A stretch of 32,000 nucleotides of DNA from Methanopyrus kandleri AV19 (GTDB lineage Archaea; JAADCQ01; Methanopyri; Methanopyrales; Methanopyraceae): assembly GCF_000007185.1 (NCBI RefSeq), contig NC_003551.1, positions 1,020,001 through 1,052,000 of the forward strand, given 5' to 3'. Positions 1 to 8,852 of this stretch are shown here, piece by piece (position 1 is the stretch's first letter; each line of letters opens with the position of its first letter). Position numbers and translations under genes: made by a program. The notes under the pieces are model-generated. The model had not been told where the DNA came from. It saw nothing but the letters and a program-made list of their open reading frames with translations, and did no database searches.

Positions 1-295
1 GTACGCCCTTCTCGGGACCACCCGGGCAGTACGCACAACGGCCATGTGGACACGGATAGGGCTTCGTCATCACCGCGACGACGGCCACGCCCGAGATCGA
101 TCGGACGGGTTTCTTCACGACGATCTCTCGGAGTTTCTCGCGCTCCTCCGGGGTTGCGCGTTCCAGGACGTCCGCGTCCGTGGGGAACTTCGAAAGACCG
201 TATTTCCTGCAGACCTCGCGCTTGGCCTCCTGTAGCTCGCCTTTAGTTCGGATCTCACCCGACAGCATCTTCTCCACGAGTTCGCGGCACGCCAT
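1..295 (-). CDS. elp3: Elp3-family radical-SAM/acetyltransferase tRNA-modification enzyme; N-terminal fragment only, as the gene continues past the left edge
   Basis: It is absent from the ORF track because there is no stop codon inside the window. My translation of the minus strand from the ATG (complement of 293-295) is MACRELVEKMLSGEIRTKGELQEAKREVCRKYGLSKFPTDADVLERATPEEREKLREIVVKKPVRSISGVAVVAVMTKPYPCPHGRCAYCPGGPEKGV. The KKPVRSISGVAVVAVMTKPxxCPHGxCxYCPGG block is the characteristic start of the Elp3 radical-SAM domain. An in-frame ATG at 365-367, directly after a TAA at 368-370, is an alternative start. Confidence 0.85.
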   Translation of the reverse strand, partial: MACRELVEKMLSGEIRTKGELQEAKREVCRKYGLSKFPTDADVLERATPEEREKLREIVVKKPVRSISGVAVVAVMTKPYPCPHGRCAYCPGGPEKGV

Positions 296-365
296 GTCGA
301 AGGCGTCGGCCTCGGACACATCTCTCACCCCCGTACGGTTCTCCGGTACCGTGGGGGCGCAACAC

Positions 366-372
366 ATTTAAT
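366..372. promoter_or_regulatory. TATA-like AT-rich element (ATTTAAT) between elp3 and tRNA-Thr
   Basis: This is the only AT-rich heptamer in the divergent spacer. It lies about 65 nt upstream of the tRNA 5' end and about 70 nt upstream of the elp3 ATG at 295. The assignment is positional only. Confidence 0.25.
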
Positions 373-436
373 CGATCGTCGGGAGGGTACAGCTGGCGCC
401 GGATGGAACTGGTGAAATCCGGCGTTTGTGGGGATC

Positions 437-514
<78 letters not shown>

Positions 515-522
515 GTTCGATT

Positions 523-541
523 CGTTATGGATTTTATAACG
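523..541 (+). terminator. Hairpin with T-run immediately 3' of the tRNA (possible terminator or processing signal)
   Basis: CGTTAT (523-528) and ATAACG (536-541) are perfect complements around the loop GGATTTT, which includes a T4 run. It sits 9 nt after the tRNA CCA. TTTTATAA could alternatively act as a TATA box. Confidence 0.3.
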
Positions 542-722
542 TTCATCGGGGCGGTGGAGCGCGGCTCCGGTTAAGGTTGTGTGGGCTTCCGCGCGCTCCC
601 CCGAGACGATGGTGCCTACCCCACCCGACCAGGAATATCCTCGACAGCACCCGATGCGCCCGCTGTCTATATCGTGATTTCGACGATGACCGAAGATCGG
701 ACTCCATCGGGGGTCAGGGGAG

Positions 723-1256
723 TTGCCTAAGATCCCCGTCGGCTTAGGGTACAAGCTGGCGTACAAGGGCGCCAAATTGGGGCTTTGGAAGTGGGGAACC
801 ACGGCGAAGACGGGGTTCTTCTCACTGATACTCCACTCCCTGATCTTCGGCCCCCTGGGTGTGGCGATCGTCATCGCCACGCTCTTCCACGAGTTAGGTC
901 ACTACCTGGCGTGCAAACTGCTCGACGTTCCCGCGTCCCCGCCGGTGTTCCTCCCCCTCGGAGGCGCGTTCGTTCAGCACGGGTGGACGGATCCGGATAA
1001 AGAGGTGTTCATCGCGGCGGCGGGACCCTTCGGTGGGGCTCTAGCAGGAATCCCGCTCCTGGTAATCTATCCGAAAGCGGCCGTGTGGAACGGGCTGATA
1101 CAGCTGTTTAACCTGCTTCCCATACCGCCTCTGGACGGGAGTAAGGTACTGCGTGGGCTCTGGATGCCCAGTCCGACCGCGTGGATCGGCGTGGCGACGG
1201 CGGTACTCGCCGCAGCCCTCTCGCTGGTCGGTATCCTCATGGGTTTGCACGCGTAG
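723..1256 (+). CDS. Membrane zinc metalloprotease, M50 / site-2-protease family
   Basis: HELGH (HExxH) lies in a hydrophobic segment, and NLLPIPPLDGSKV matches NxxPxxxLDG. These are the two M50 signature motifs. There are several TM segments and a TTG start. Confidence 0.85.
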   Translation: MPKIPVGLGYKLAYKGAKLGLWKWGTTAKTGFFSLILHSLIFGPLGVAIVIATLFHELGHYLACKLLDVPASPPVFLPLGGAFVQHGWTDPDKEVFIAAAGPFGGALAGIPLLVIYPKAAVWNGLIQLFNLLPIPPLDGSKVLRGLWMPSPTAWIGVATAVLAAALSLVGILMGLHA

Positions 1257-1421
1257 CGTTAATCCACCTGGACTAACCGACCCATTCGAGGATACGTCCC
1301 GGTACGGTTCGGATCTTCACCGTTCCCTCGATCGCACGTCGACCCGACATCCAGCCCGGAGGGACCCCCTCACGTTCGTCACGGTGCCGTCCAGAACCCC
1401 GCTCGGTATCTCCACGAGGTG

Positions 1422-2282
1422 TTACGAGGAGGGCATTTCGAGCCGCCCACGTCCACAGAGGACGTCCGCGAGCGCCATCCTGGCCAGACCACGGGCCAGG
1501 TTCTCGACGGCCAGCTCGTCACGCACCCTGGCTATCTCCCGTAACCGTTCTACCAGCTCCGAGGCCGTACGCCTGGGTGAGTCCGAGTTCCGGTACCGCT
1601 TCGCGTAAGGGCATTCGGGTTCCACCTTCGGGAGACCCAGTCGGGACGTCACCTCGTGATACACGCGGGCTGTGCGAAGCTCGCTCACCACGTACAGCGG
1701 TCGTAGTAGTAGCGCGTCGTCCTCCTCCAGTAGATCCGCCGGCGGGAAGGTACCGGCGTCCCGCCTTCGGTTCACGCTCATCAGGAGGGTCTCGATCGCG
1801 TCCTCGGCAGTATGACCGTAGACCACCACGTCATGTCGCTCCGCGAGGATTCTACGCCTGATCGCCGAGCAGATCTTGCACGGGGGCTTGTTCAGCTCCT
1901 CCGATGGCTCGGCCACGTCTTCCTCGGCGCGGACCAGCTCGAACTCGTATCCCAGGGCCTTCGCCATTCGATCGAGCTCCTTCCGGTAAGGCCGCCAGAC
2001 TTCCACTCCGCGGACTCTCACGTCCACCGTGACGAGCTTGGGGTTCACGTCCCACTCCCGGAGGAACGGCTCGAGCGCCAGAGCACAGGTAAAGCTATCC
2101 TTCCCGCCGCTGAATCCTATCGCCAAGTCACCTTTCGGCTCGTCGAACGCCTTTTGAACGATCTTCAGCAGACCCGCCACGTTCCGGTAGATCCTCATGT
2201 AATCCTCACCGTAAACCGAGTCGGGAGCGAGAGGGCGCGCATCCCACGATATCGTCAGCCCTTCCAGCTCGGTCACCTCCAT
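1422..2282 (-). CDS. PP-loop ATP pyrophosphatase (TilS/TtcA-like tRNA-modification family)
   Basis: Motifs are AIGFSGGKDSF (SGGxDS PP-loop), CKICSAIRRR and GHTAEDAIETLL. I start at the ATG complement of 2280-2282 (MEVTELEG...), preceded by a GAGAGGGGGAAG SD-like tract. The 45 extra codons of the ORF-track start at 2417 are R/G/S-rich and look non-coding. Confidence 0.8.
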   Translation of the reverse strand: MEVTELEGLTISWDARPLAPDSVYGEDYMRIYRNVAGLLKIVQKAFDEPKGDLAIGFSGGKDSFTCALALEPFLREWDVNPKLVTVDVRVRGVEVWRPYRKELDRMAKALGYEFELVRAEEDVAEPSEELNKPPCKICSAIRRRILAERHDVVVYGHTAEDAIETLLMSVNRRRDAGTFPPADLLEEDDALLLRPLYVVSELRTARVYHEVTSRLGLPKVEPECPYAKRYRNSDSPRRTASELVERLREIARVRDELAVENLARGLARMALADVLCGRGRLEMPSS

Positions 2283-2729
2283 CGCCTCGCTTCCCCCTCT
2301 CGAACCGCACGACCGCCGGCTCCGAAACCGCCCTCCATACGGTCGTGGGCTCACCTCGACGGGAACCTCGCCACCGTGCGAGCAATGGCCGTACCGCGGT
2401 AGAGCCGGACCATACACGTCGGCGCTCGAGAGGGGAGCCCGACCTGATCACACTACCACCGGTCGGAACGAATGGATCCGACGTCTACAGGGCCACCGGC
2501 GGGAAGAAAACGATGTGTCGACCGAGGGCCGTTGGTGGGAGTGCACCTCCTCCCGCGGCCGGGAGTCGGTACCGAGCGGGGCCTCCTCACCGAATCGGTC
2601 GCCACCACCCTCCCCATCATCGTGTTCCGCGGCGCTCGGCAGCGGTCTCCTCGATCATCCCTCCGGCCGGTCTCCCCCGCCCGCTCCTCACAGCTCCGAG
2701 ATCATCCGAGCGTCGGGTGGTGATACACC

Positions 2730-3809
2730 TTGTGGGAGGCCGAGAGGACGCTGGCTTTAGTATACCATGAGGAGTACCTCCGACACGAACAGCACCCCAC
2801 GCATCCGGAACGTCGTGAGCGTCTCTCCTACACGGTGGACAGGTTCGAAGAGGAGGGGTTGTTCGAGATCGAGGGGATCGATCTAGTTGAGCCCGACCCC
2901 GTCGACCGCGAGGTGATCGAACTCGTACATGATCCCGAACACGTGGAGCTGATCCGGCGGATGAGCGAGTCGGGCGGTGGTATGATCGACCTGGACACCG
3001 CCGTCGCTCCGGAGACCTACGATCAGGCCCTGCTAGCGGCCGGAGGCTCCGTTCTCGCCGTCGAGCTGGTCGTGCGGGGAGAGTACGACACGGCTTTCGC
3101 GATGGTTCGACCGCCGGGCCACCATGCCGGTCGCGCCAAGGCTGCCGGCTTCTGCTACTTCAATAACGCGGCGATCGCCGCCGAGTATGCGATCCGCGAG
3201 CTGGGCGTGGATTCCGTCGCCATCCTGGACTGGGACGCCCACCACGGTGACGGGACTCAGGAGATCTTCTACGACCGTGACGACGTGCTCTACGTCTCGA
3301 TACACCAGGACGGGCGCACCCTGTATCCCGGCACGGGCTTCCCGTACGAGGCGGGTGAGGGGCCAGGTGAAGGGTACACCGTGAACATCCCCGTGCTCCC
3401 GCGTTCCGGTGATCGGACGTACCGTGAAGCCTTCCAGCGGATCGTGGAGCCTGTGGTGCGGGAATTCGACCCCGATCTGATCCTGATCTCCGCGGGTCAG
3501 GACTGCCACTTCACGGACCCAATCACGGATCTCGCGGTCACGGCTGAGGGATACCGGTGGATGATGCAACGGGCGACCGAGCTCGCGGAGGACCTGGGAG
3601 CTTCGGGACCCGTCGCCGTGCTGGAGGGGGGTTATTCCGTCGAGGACGGGCTCCCGTACACCAACCTGGGCGTCGTATGTGGTATGGCGGGGGTTCCGGC
3701 CGATCTGCGGGAGCCCATGGATCCACAGGAGGAGAATCCGCGGGGGCCGGAGGGGGTTCGAAAGGTGGCCCGTGAGCACTCCCGGTACTGGACCTCTGTG
3801 AAGGCGTGA
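2730..3809 (+). CDS. Zn-dependent deacetylase of the histone deacetylase / AcuC / acetylpolyamine amidohydrolase family
   Basis: Family catalytic motifs RPPGHHA, DWDAHHGDGTQ and LEGGY are present. The TTG start lies 5 nt after GGTGGTGAT (2716-2724), a strong SD match. Confidence 0.9.
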   Translation: MWEAERTLALVYHEEYLRHEQHPTHPERRERLSYTVDRFEEEGLFEIEGIDLVEPDPVDREVIELVHDPEHVELIRRMSESGGGMIDLDTAVAPETYDQALLAAGGSVLAVELVVRGEYDTAFAMVRPPGHHAGRAKAAGFCYFNNAAIAAEYAIRELGVDSVAILDWDAHHGDGTQEIFYDRDDVLYVSIHQDGRTLYPGTGFPYEAGEGPGEGYTVNIPVLPRSGDRTYREAFQRIVEPVVREFDPDLILISAGQDCHFTDPITDLAVTAEGYRWMMQRATELAEDLGASGPVAVLEGGYSVEDGLPYTNLGVVCGMAGVPADLREPMDPQEENPRGPEGVRKVAREHSRYWTSVKA

Positions 3810-4356
3810 GACCTTCGGGTGACGTCGAGGGCTTATACCTGGCGGTATGACGTATCGAGCGGGGCTCAGCTGCAACCGGTAATGTCCGGCAGTTCGTGAT
3901 CTCACGCGGTAACTCGCGCCGGTGTCGACACTTACTCCGACGCTTCTTCGCCACGTTATCACCCCCTCCGGGCGATGAGGATCGGTAGATAGGGTGATCG
4001 GGTGATCGGGACCGCCGTTGCCGAGCCGGGTCCTGGAAGTTAAGGTCGGAGGGCGCGTAGGTCCCTTGACTCTCTTCCTCGAAAATCTGAACGGACTGGA
4101 TCGATCGGAGCGGAGGTTCGAATCGCCCTTTCGGACGATGACACCGGTGAGACGCAGCACGTCAACGGCTACTTCCGGACGTTATCCGTCCGGTCTGAGC
4201 TCGAGACCGTCCCTGCCGATCGGGACGCCCGTCGGTGGCTACCGCGGTTGACAGGGCTAGAGGCACATGCGGCTCACGGTTCGGGGGCGGGGGTATCGCT
4301 GGAGGGGGCGTGGGACCGACGTATCGGTGAGTGGGTGCCTGGGAGTCGATGGGGCT

Positions 4357-6507
4357 TCATCGCCCACGACTGAACACGCGGCTGATCACCACGTACAGCG
4401 CCGGGAAGCCCACGAGCACCAGCGTCAGCGTCGAAAGCACTCCTATCCCCTGGTAGAGTCCCATGTTCCTCATGATACCCGTGTGAGACAGCAGCAACGA
4501 GAGGAAACCGATCGCCGAGGTCAGCCCGCTGAACAGTACGCCGGGTCCCGCTCGCTCCATCGTATGGGTCCAAGCCTCCTTGACGCCGTGCTCCTTCCGC
4601 TCTTCCCGGTAACGTGAGGCCAGGAACACGCAGTAGTCCATTCCGATACCGAGCAGTATACATATCGTGGTTTGCATGGCCAGGAACGACGGCACTATCC
4701 GCAGCACGCCGCCCAGGAGTCCAATAGCCCATAGGATGCCCGAGCCGATGGCGACGAGCCCGAAGACCGGCGGTATCGGGTTTCGAAAGGCGATCGTCGG
4801 TATCGCCAACACGCCGATCGCCGACGCGATGGTGGACCGGCGCATGTCCTCGTTCACCTGCTCGTGCATCTCCGCGAACGCCACCGGGAGACCCGTGACC
4901 CCCACCTTCACGCCCGTGGGTGGGTGTTCGTGCCGGACCATGTCCAGGATCTTCCGACCTTGCACCTTCGGGTCCCCTGGTTTCAGTTGTACCTGGATCA
5001 CGGCGACCTTCCCGTCCCCCGAGATGACTCCTTTCTCCATGTCCTCGACCTTCGGCTCGAGGGCCGAGCGGATCGGCGCCGGCAGACGTTCTACGGTCTT
5101 CTCCATCCCGATCACGTCGGGGGCTCCGAACACGCGGGCGGCCACGCCGGTGCGCTTCGCGTCTCGCTTCAACTTCTCCATGAAGCGGACTACCTTCGGA
5201 TCTCGGACGTCCCGCGCCTCCACGACGATCGTGGCGAAGTGATGGCTCACGTCCATGTGCTTCTCGAGTACGTCCCGGGCCTTCAGGGACGGTAGGTTGT
5301 GCCCCAGGAACTTCTCGATGTTGACCTCTGGCTTCACGCCGGCCGCTCCGTACCCGAGTAGACCCGTGATGGCGAGCAGCGCGACGATCGCCGGGACCGG
5401 GTGCCTCACGGGTATCGAGAGTACCTTCCAGCTTTCCTCCTTCTTCTCGGAACTCTTCCGCCCGATCGGTATCGACTGAAGCAGGCTCGGCAGGACGAGC
5501 AGCGTCAGCGCGACGGCCGTGAGGATGCCCGCCACGATACCGAGTCCGATCTCCGAGACCATCCTGAACTCCGACAGGGCCAGGGCGGCGAAACCCGCGG
5601 ACGCCGTGAGACCGGTGATCAGCACGGCTCGACCCGCACGTCGGACCGCCGTGAGGATGGCCTCGCCCTTAGCGCGTCCCTTGATGTCGTACTCCTCCTG
5701 GAAGCGTGTCAGCGTGAAGATCACGTAATCTATACCGACACCGAGCATGAGCACTACGGTCAGGAGGACCGTCGCGTAGAACGGGGCGAACCCCAGCCAG
5801 TACATGATCCCCAAGACCCATGCCACGGCGGACAGGATGATCGTGAGTCCGAGGACCGGGGCCCACCATCGCCGGAAGTCGACGTACAGAACCGCTGCGA
5901 CGGCGGCTGATACGAGGGCGGTCACTGTGACCAGATCCTTGAGGAAGCCCCGATAGAAGTCGTAGTTGATGGCCGGGGAGCCCGTGACGTCGGCGAACTT
6001 GACGGACTTCGGTTTGTCCCGCTCGAGCGATCGCCGAACGTCCGGCACGACCTTACGGTAATCCGCGTCCGACTTCAGTCCCACTCTGATGATCGCGACC
6101 TTGTGGTCCTTACTGACGAACATCTCCTTCGACCGTTCCATCTCCGACATCAGAGGTCGAAGACCTGGCATAGTGACGGCGGCCGGGAAGTTCGCCGGGC
6201 TCTCCCTGAGAACGTCTGGAGCTCCCCGAACATTCTCGACGTAAGGCTTGGAGCGCAACCTGTCCTCGATACGGCGCATGTAATCGAGGACCGGTTTCCG
6301 GGTGACGTCGTCCGCCTCGATGACGATCAGTAGGGTCTTCGTCGAAGTGCCCAGCTCACGCTCCACGACGTGCTGCCATTTCATGGACTCGAACCGATCC
6401 GGTAAGTACTTCGTTTGATCTACCTCCACATTCAGGTGGAGCGCTCCGTACGCCATGACCGCCGTCAGAGCCAGGAAGGACAGTATTATCGCCGTCCTGA
6501 ACCTCAA
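4357..6507 (-). CDS. RND-superfamily / MMPL-type membrane exporter (COG1033-like)
   Basis: The 716-aa protein has an internally duplicated architecture: a soluble loop followed by a 5-6 TM bundle, twice. Each bundle repeats the motif G(I/M)DY.(I/V)F....R(F/Y).EE (GIDYVIFTLTRFQEE and GMDYCVFLASRYREE). TTG start. Confidence 0.85.
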   Translation of the reverse strand: MRFRTAIILSFLALTAVMAYGALHLNVEVDQTKYLPDRFESMKWQHVVERELGTSTKTLLIVIEADDVTRKPVLDYMRRIEDRLRSKPYVENVRGAPDVLRESPANFPAAVTMPGLRPLMSEMERSKEMFVSKDHKVAIIRVGLKSDADYRKVVPDVRRSLERDKPKSVKFADVTGSPAINYDFYRGFLKDLVTVTALVSAAVAAVLYVDFRRWWAPVLGLTIILSAVAWVLGIMYWLGFAPFYATVLLTVVLMLGVGIDYVIFTLTRFQEEYDIKGRAKGEAILTAVRRAGRAVLITGLTASAGFAALALSEFRMVSEIGLGIVAGILTAVALTLLVLPSLLQSIPIGRKSSEKKEESWKVLSIPVRHPVPAIVALLAITGLLGYGAAGVKPEVNIEKFLGHNLPSLKARDVLEKHMDVSHHFATIVVEARDVRDPKVVRFMEKLKRDAKRTGVAARVFGAPDVIGMEKTVERLPAPIRSALEPKVEDMEKGVISGDGKVAVIQVQLKPGDPKVQGRKILDMVRHEHPPTGVKVGVTGLPVAFAEMHEQVNEDMRRSTIASAIGVLAIPTIAFRNPIPPVFGLVAIGSGILWAIGLLGGVLRIVPSFLAMQTTICILLGIGMDYCVFLASRYREERKEHGVKEAWTHTMERAGPGVLFSGLTSAIGFLSLLLSHTGIMRNMGLYQGIGVLSTLTLVLVGFPALYVVISRVFSRGR

Positions 6508-6716
6508 CTCGACGGCCCTCGGGCCGGAAGACTAGACCGTGCTTTCATCCCTTCACCCCGTCACCTCGGATGCATTCAGGTTAGTTACGGGACTCGTGAC
6601 GATTCGGCCGGGGCCGTTGGACACATCGTGACGAAAGCACCTGCCCGACTCTGCGGCGCTCCGTTCCGAATCTCCAAGGGGTATCGGGTGCCTCCCCTTT
6701 ACGCAGTACTCGGACC

Positions 6717-7487
6717 GTGGGTAATGTACGCGTTCCCGCAGCCCTCAAGATGGTCCCCTGTTCCGCCCTCGCCGGGGAGGATCGGTTGTCCCTCGTGGCG
6801 GCTAGAAATCCACCTGACCCGCGGAAATTGGGTTCCTTCAAGGTGCGCCGGTGCGCGGCCTGCGGGCGGCTGATGCGGATAGAGCTGTCGGAGTGCAACT
6901 GCGTCCGCTGCAACGACCTCCGCGGTGAGCCCCTGGAGGAGGGCCCTTACATCGAGAACTCGGGCCCGTACTGCGATCGGTGCCGGGGCGGGGTCGAGCC
7001 CACGAGCCGACTGCCGGAGGTGGCCGTCGCGGTGTGTTTCCTCACGGACCGCAGGAACCACGACGTCCTGTACCGGGCTGCGGGTGCGCTGGCCGAGGTG
7101 GTCCCGCGACTCCGGGAAGAACGTCGGTTCGTGGCGGTGGGGACCCCGGTCGACGATCTGTACTTCAACCTCCGCTGCGGGATGGAGGCCGGGATCGACT
7201 TCGGAATCCGCGCGCAGATGTCCTCGATCTTCACGCACATGGGGCCCGAGTACCTCGTGATCGCCCACAATCCCGTGCGTAAGCTGCGGGGCCGACCCCG
7301 AGAGCGCTTCAGGTACACACTCGAGAGTAACATCGAGGAGCTACGCCGCGTGATCGTCCTCGAAGACGTCGTCCGTAACACCGACTTCAAGTCCGTGTAC
7401 CGGGACTTGGGTCGGGAGTACCCGGACGTGTTCGTTTTCGCGAGCTCCGGGGAGGTGGAAAAGCTCGTGGATGCACTCCGGAAGTAG
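6717..7487 (+). CDS. Hypothetical protein with N-terminal cysteine-pair (zinc-ribbon-like) region; family not recognised
   Basis: Cysteine pairs are present: CAACGRLMRIELSECNCVRC and CDRC. The C-terminal ~170 aa has ordinary, non-artefactual composition. The stop lies 3 nt before the next start (ATG 7491). The true start may be TTG 6786, 3 nt after GGGGAGGAT (6774-6782). Confidence 0.6.
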   Translation: MGNVRVPAALKMVPCSALAGEDRLSLVAARNPPDPRKLGSFKVRRCAACGRLMRIELSECNCVRCNDLRGEPLEEGPYIENSGPYCDRCRGGVEPTSRLPEVAVAVCFLTDRRNHDVLYRAAGALAEVVPRLREERRFVAVGTPVDDLYFNLRCGMEAGIDFGIRAQMSSIFTHMGPEYLVIAHNPVRKLRGRPRERFRYTLESNIEELRRVIVLEDVVRNTDFKSVYRDLGREYPDVFVFASSGEVEKLVDALRK

Positions 7488-7490
7488 GGG

Positions 7491-8459
7491 ATGATCCCAA
7501 CGCTTACCGGTCGTACGGACGACCCGGACCGGTTGATGCGCGGTCTGGAGGAACTGGGTTGGACCGTCCGCGAGAAAGGTGACCGACTCGTCGCGATCTC
7601 ACCCGGGGGTCAGCAGGTGGAGGCGAATCGGGAGACCGGCGAACTCAGGATCACGGGACGGGGAGAGGGAACGGCGGCTAGGACCCTGGTCAAGCTGGCG
7701 GTCAAGCTCGGAGCCGAGGTTGAGCTCGAGGGGCTGTCCTCCGAAGACCGGCGCCCCCTAGTGTACGGCCCGGTACCCTCGCGCAGGCTCGGCACTTCCC
7801 TGGGTATCGACCTCCCGCGCGGGATGTGCACGCACGACTGTGAGTACTGCAGTGTGGGGGTCTCGAGGCGCGTTTCACCGCACGAGCGGTTCACGGTAGA
7901 CCCGGTCGCGGTTAGGGAGGAGCTGTCCGAGACGCTACGGCGTTGCGACCCGGATGCCGTCACCTTCGCGGGAGTGGGCGAGCCGACGCTCTGTGCGAAC
8001 CTCAGGGAGATCGCCGAGGAGATACGCCCGCTCGTGGAAGGTGTCGGGGCGGAGGTAGTGCTCCTGACCAACTCGACGTGGGTTTCGGAGTGCGCGGACG
8101 TGGTGGACGTGGCCGTGGCCAGTCTCGACTGCGCCCGTGAGGACCTGTACCGGACGATCAACCGGCCGCATCCGGACATGTCGCTGGAACACCTGGTGGA
8201 GGAGCTGAGCCAGTGCGATCCCGGCGACGTGGTGGTCGAGGTGTTACTATGCCGGGTGGGGAAGATAACAAACGCCGATCCGGACCACCTGAGGGAGCTG
8301 GCGGATCTACTCGGCTCTATCGGTCTCGAGAGGGTACAGCTCAATACCGTGGCGAGACCTCCGGCGCGAGGTCGGGCGGAGCCGGTCGGTCGTGACGAGT
8401 TGCTCGTGGCCCGTCGTACCTTAGAGTCGTGCGGACTCGAGGTCTCGGTCTACAGGTAG
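7491..8459 (+). CDS. Radical-SAM enzyme with an extra ~95-aa N-terminal domain
   Basis: CTHDCEYC is the CxxxCxxC cluster motif. It is preceded by YGPVPSRRLGTSLGID and followed by FAGVGEPTL (SAM-binding glycine-rich motif). The N-terminal MIPTLTGRTDDPDRLMRGLEELGW...VELEG has no motif I recognise. Confidence 0.8.
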   Translation: MIPTLTGRTDDPDRLMRGLEELGWTVREKGDRLVAISPGGQQVEANRETGELRITGRGEGTAARTLVKLAVKLGAEVELEGLSSEDRRPLVYGPVPSRRLGTSLGIDLPRGMCTHDCEYCSVGVSRRVSPHERFTVDPVAVREELSETLRRCDPDAVTFAGVGEPTLCANLREIAEEIRPLVEGVGAEVVLLTNSTWVSECADVVDVAVASLDCAREDLYRTINRPHPDMSLEHLVEELSQCDPGDVVVEVLLCRVGKITNADPDHLRELADLLGSIGLERVQLNTVARPPARGRAEPVGRDELLVARRTLESCGLEVSVYR

Positions 8460-8851
8460 CTCAGGGCGTACCACACGGCGGTCGTCGTAGGTACCGACGT
8501 GGTCAGTGAGGATACGAGCATCGCTTTGGCCATGCTCTCGGATCGTCCGGGCACGTAGGAGAGTAGCAGCGTCACCGGTGGGGTTAGGATGAGCGCGGGC
8601 CCGGTCCATGCGGCGAGTTCCGGGCGCCCGAGTAGGACGGATCCCACGGAGAGCGTGTACGCGGCGGCCACTCCGGCGCACGGTGAGGCGAGTCCCAGGT
8701 AAAGGCCCGCTCGCCTGACGACCGCGCGCGCCTCGCCCTCGGAGGCGACTCGGGATCGGAGGATGACTCTCAGTCCGGGAAGGCCGATGAGCGCCAACGC
8801 CGGCACTAGTATCGGTCCCCACTTGAGTACGCGTTCGGCTAACATCTGCAT
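8450..8851 (-). CDS. Small polytopic membrane protein (about 133 aa)
   Basis: This is the 3' third of the 575-aa ORF-track entry 8450..10177. From ATG (complement 8849-8851) it reads MQMLAERVLKWGPILVPALALIGLPG..., with about 4 hydrophobic helices. It shares an RR-x-G-x-YLG...G...T...LG pattern with the 13393..13920 protein. The rest of the long ORF is antisense to two well-supported genes. Confidence 0.55.
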   Translation of the reverse strand: MQMLAERVLKWGPILVPALALIGLPGLRVILRSRVASEGEARAVVRRAGLYLGLASPCAGVAAAYTLSVGSVLLGRPELAAWTGPALILTPPVTLLLSYVPGRSESMAKAMLVSSLTTSVPTTTAVWYALSYL

Positions 8852-8852
8852 T

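Noticed and set aside
1257-1421. Short protein-like minus-strand peptide (…AIEGTVKIRTVPGRILEWVG) in the convergent spacer
   Set aside because: It is only about 25 codons from the nearest ATG, has no SD and no recognisable family. It cannot be supported from sequence alone.
2283-2417. N-terminal ORF-track extensions: PP-loop 2283-2417, pyrE 20385-20489, carS 20900-21181, mtaB 29455-29643, MBL 26721-26843, V4R-like 26735-26842 and mobB 27304-27399
   Set aside because: The extensions are R/G/S/P-rich and overlap neighbouring genes. They precede internal starts that carry SD-like GGAGG/GGGGTGA motifs and give family-typical N-termini.
4078-4133. tRNA-like element around GGTTCGAAT (T-loop look-alike)
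   Set aside because: The putative T-stem pairs at only 3 of 5 positions. No anticodon arm fits, and the candidate acceptor pairing spans only about 56 nt. It is not a credible tRNA or tRNA half.
3033-4160. 375-aa minus-strand ORF
   Set aside because: It is antisense to the deacetylase gene for most of its length. The translation is R/P/S/G-rich with no motif.
4250-4276. Shared ACAG..AGAG..GCGGCTCAC motif in both long spacers (also 23671-23696) as an RNase P CR-V / P4 strand
   Set aside because: No matching CR-I (GAGGAAAGUCC) lies at a suitable distance, and candidate P4 pairings need mismatches. A shared 9-mer is expected many times by chance in 32 kb of this composition.
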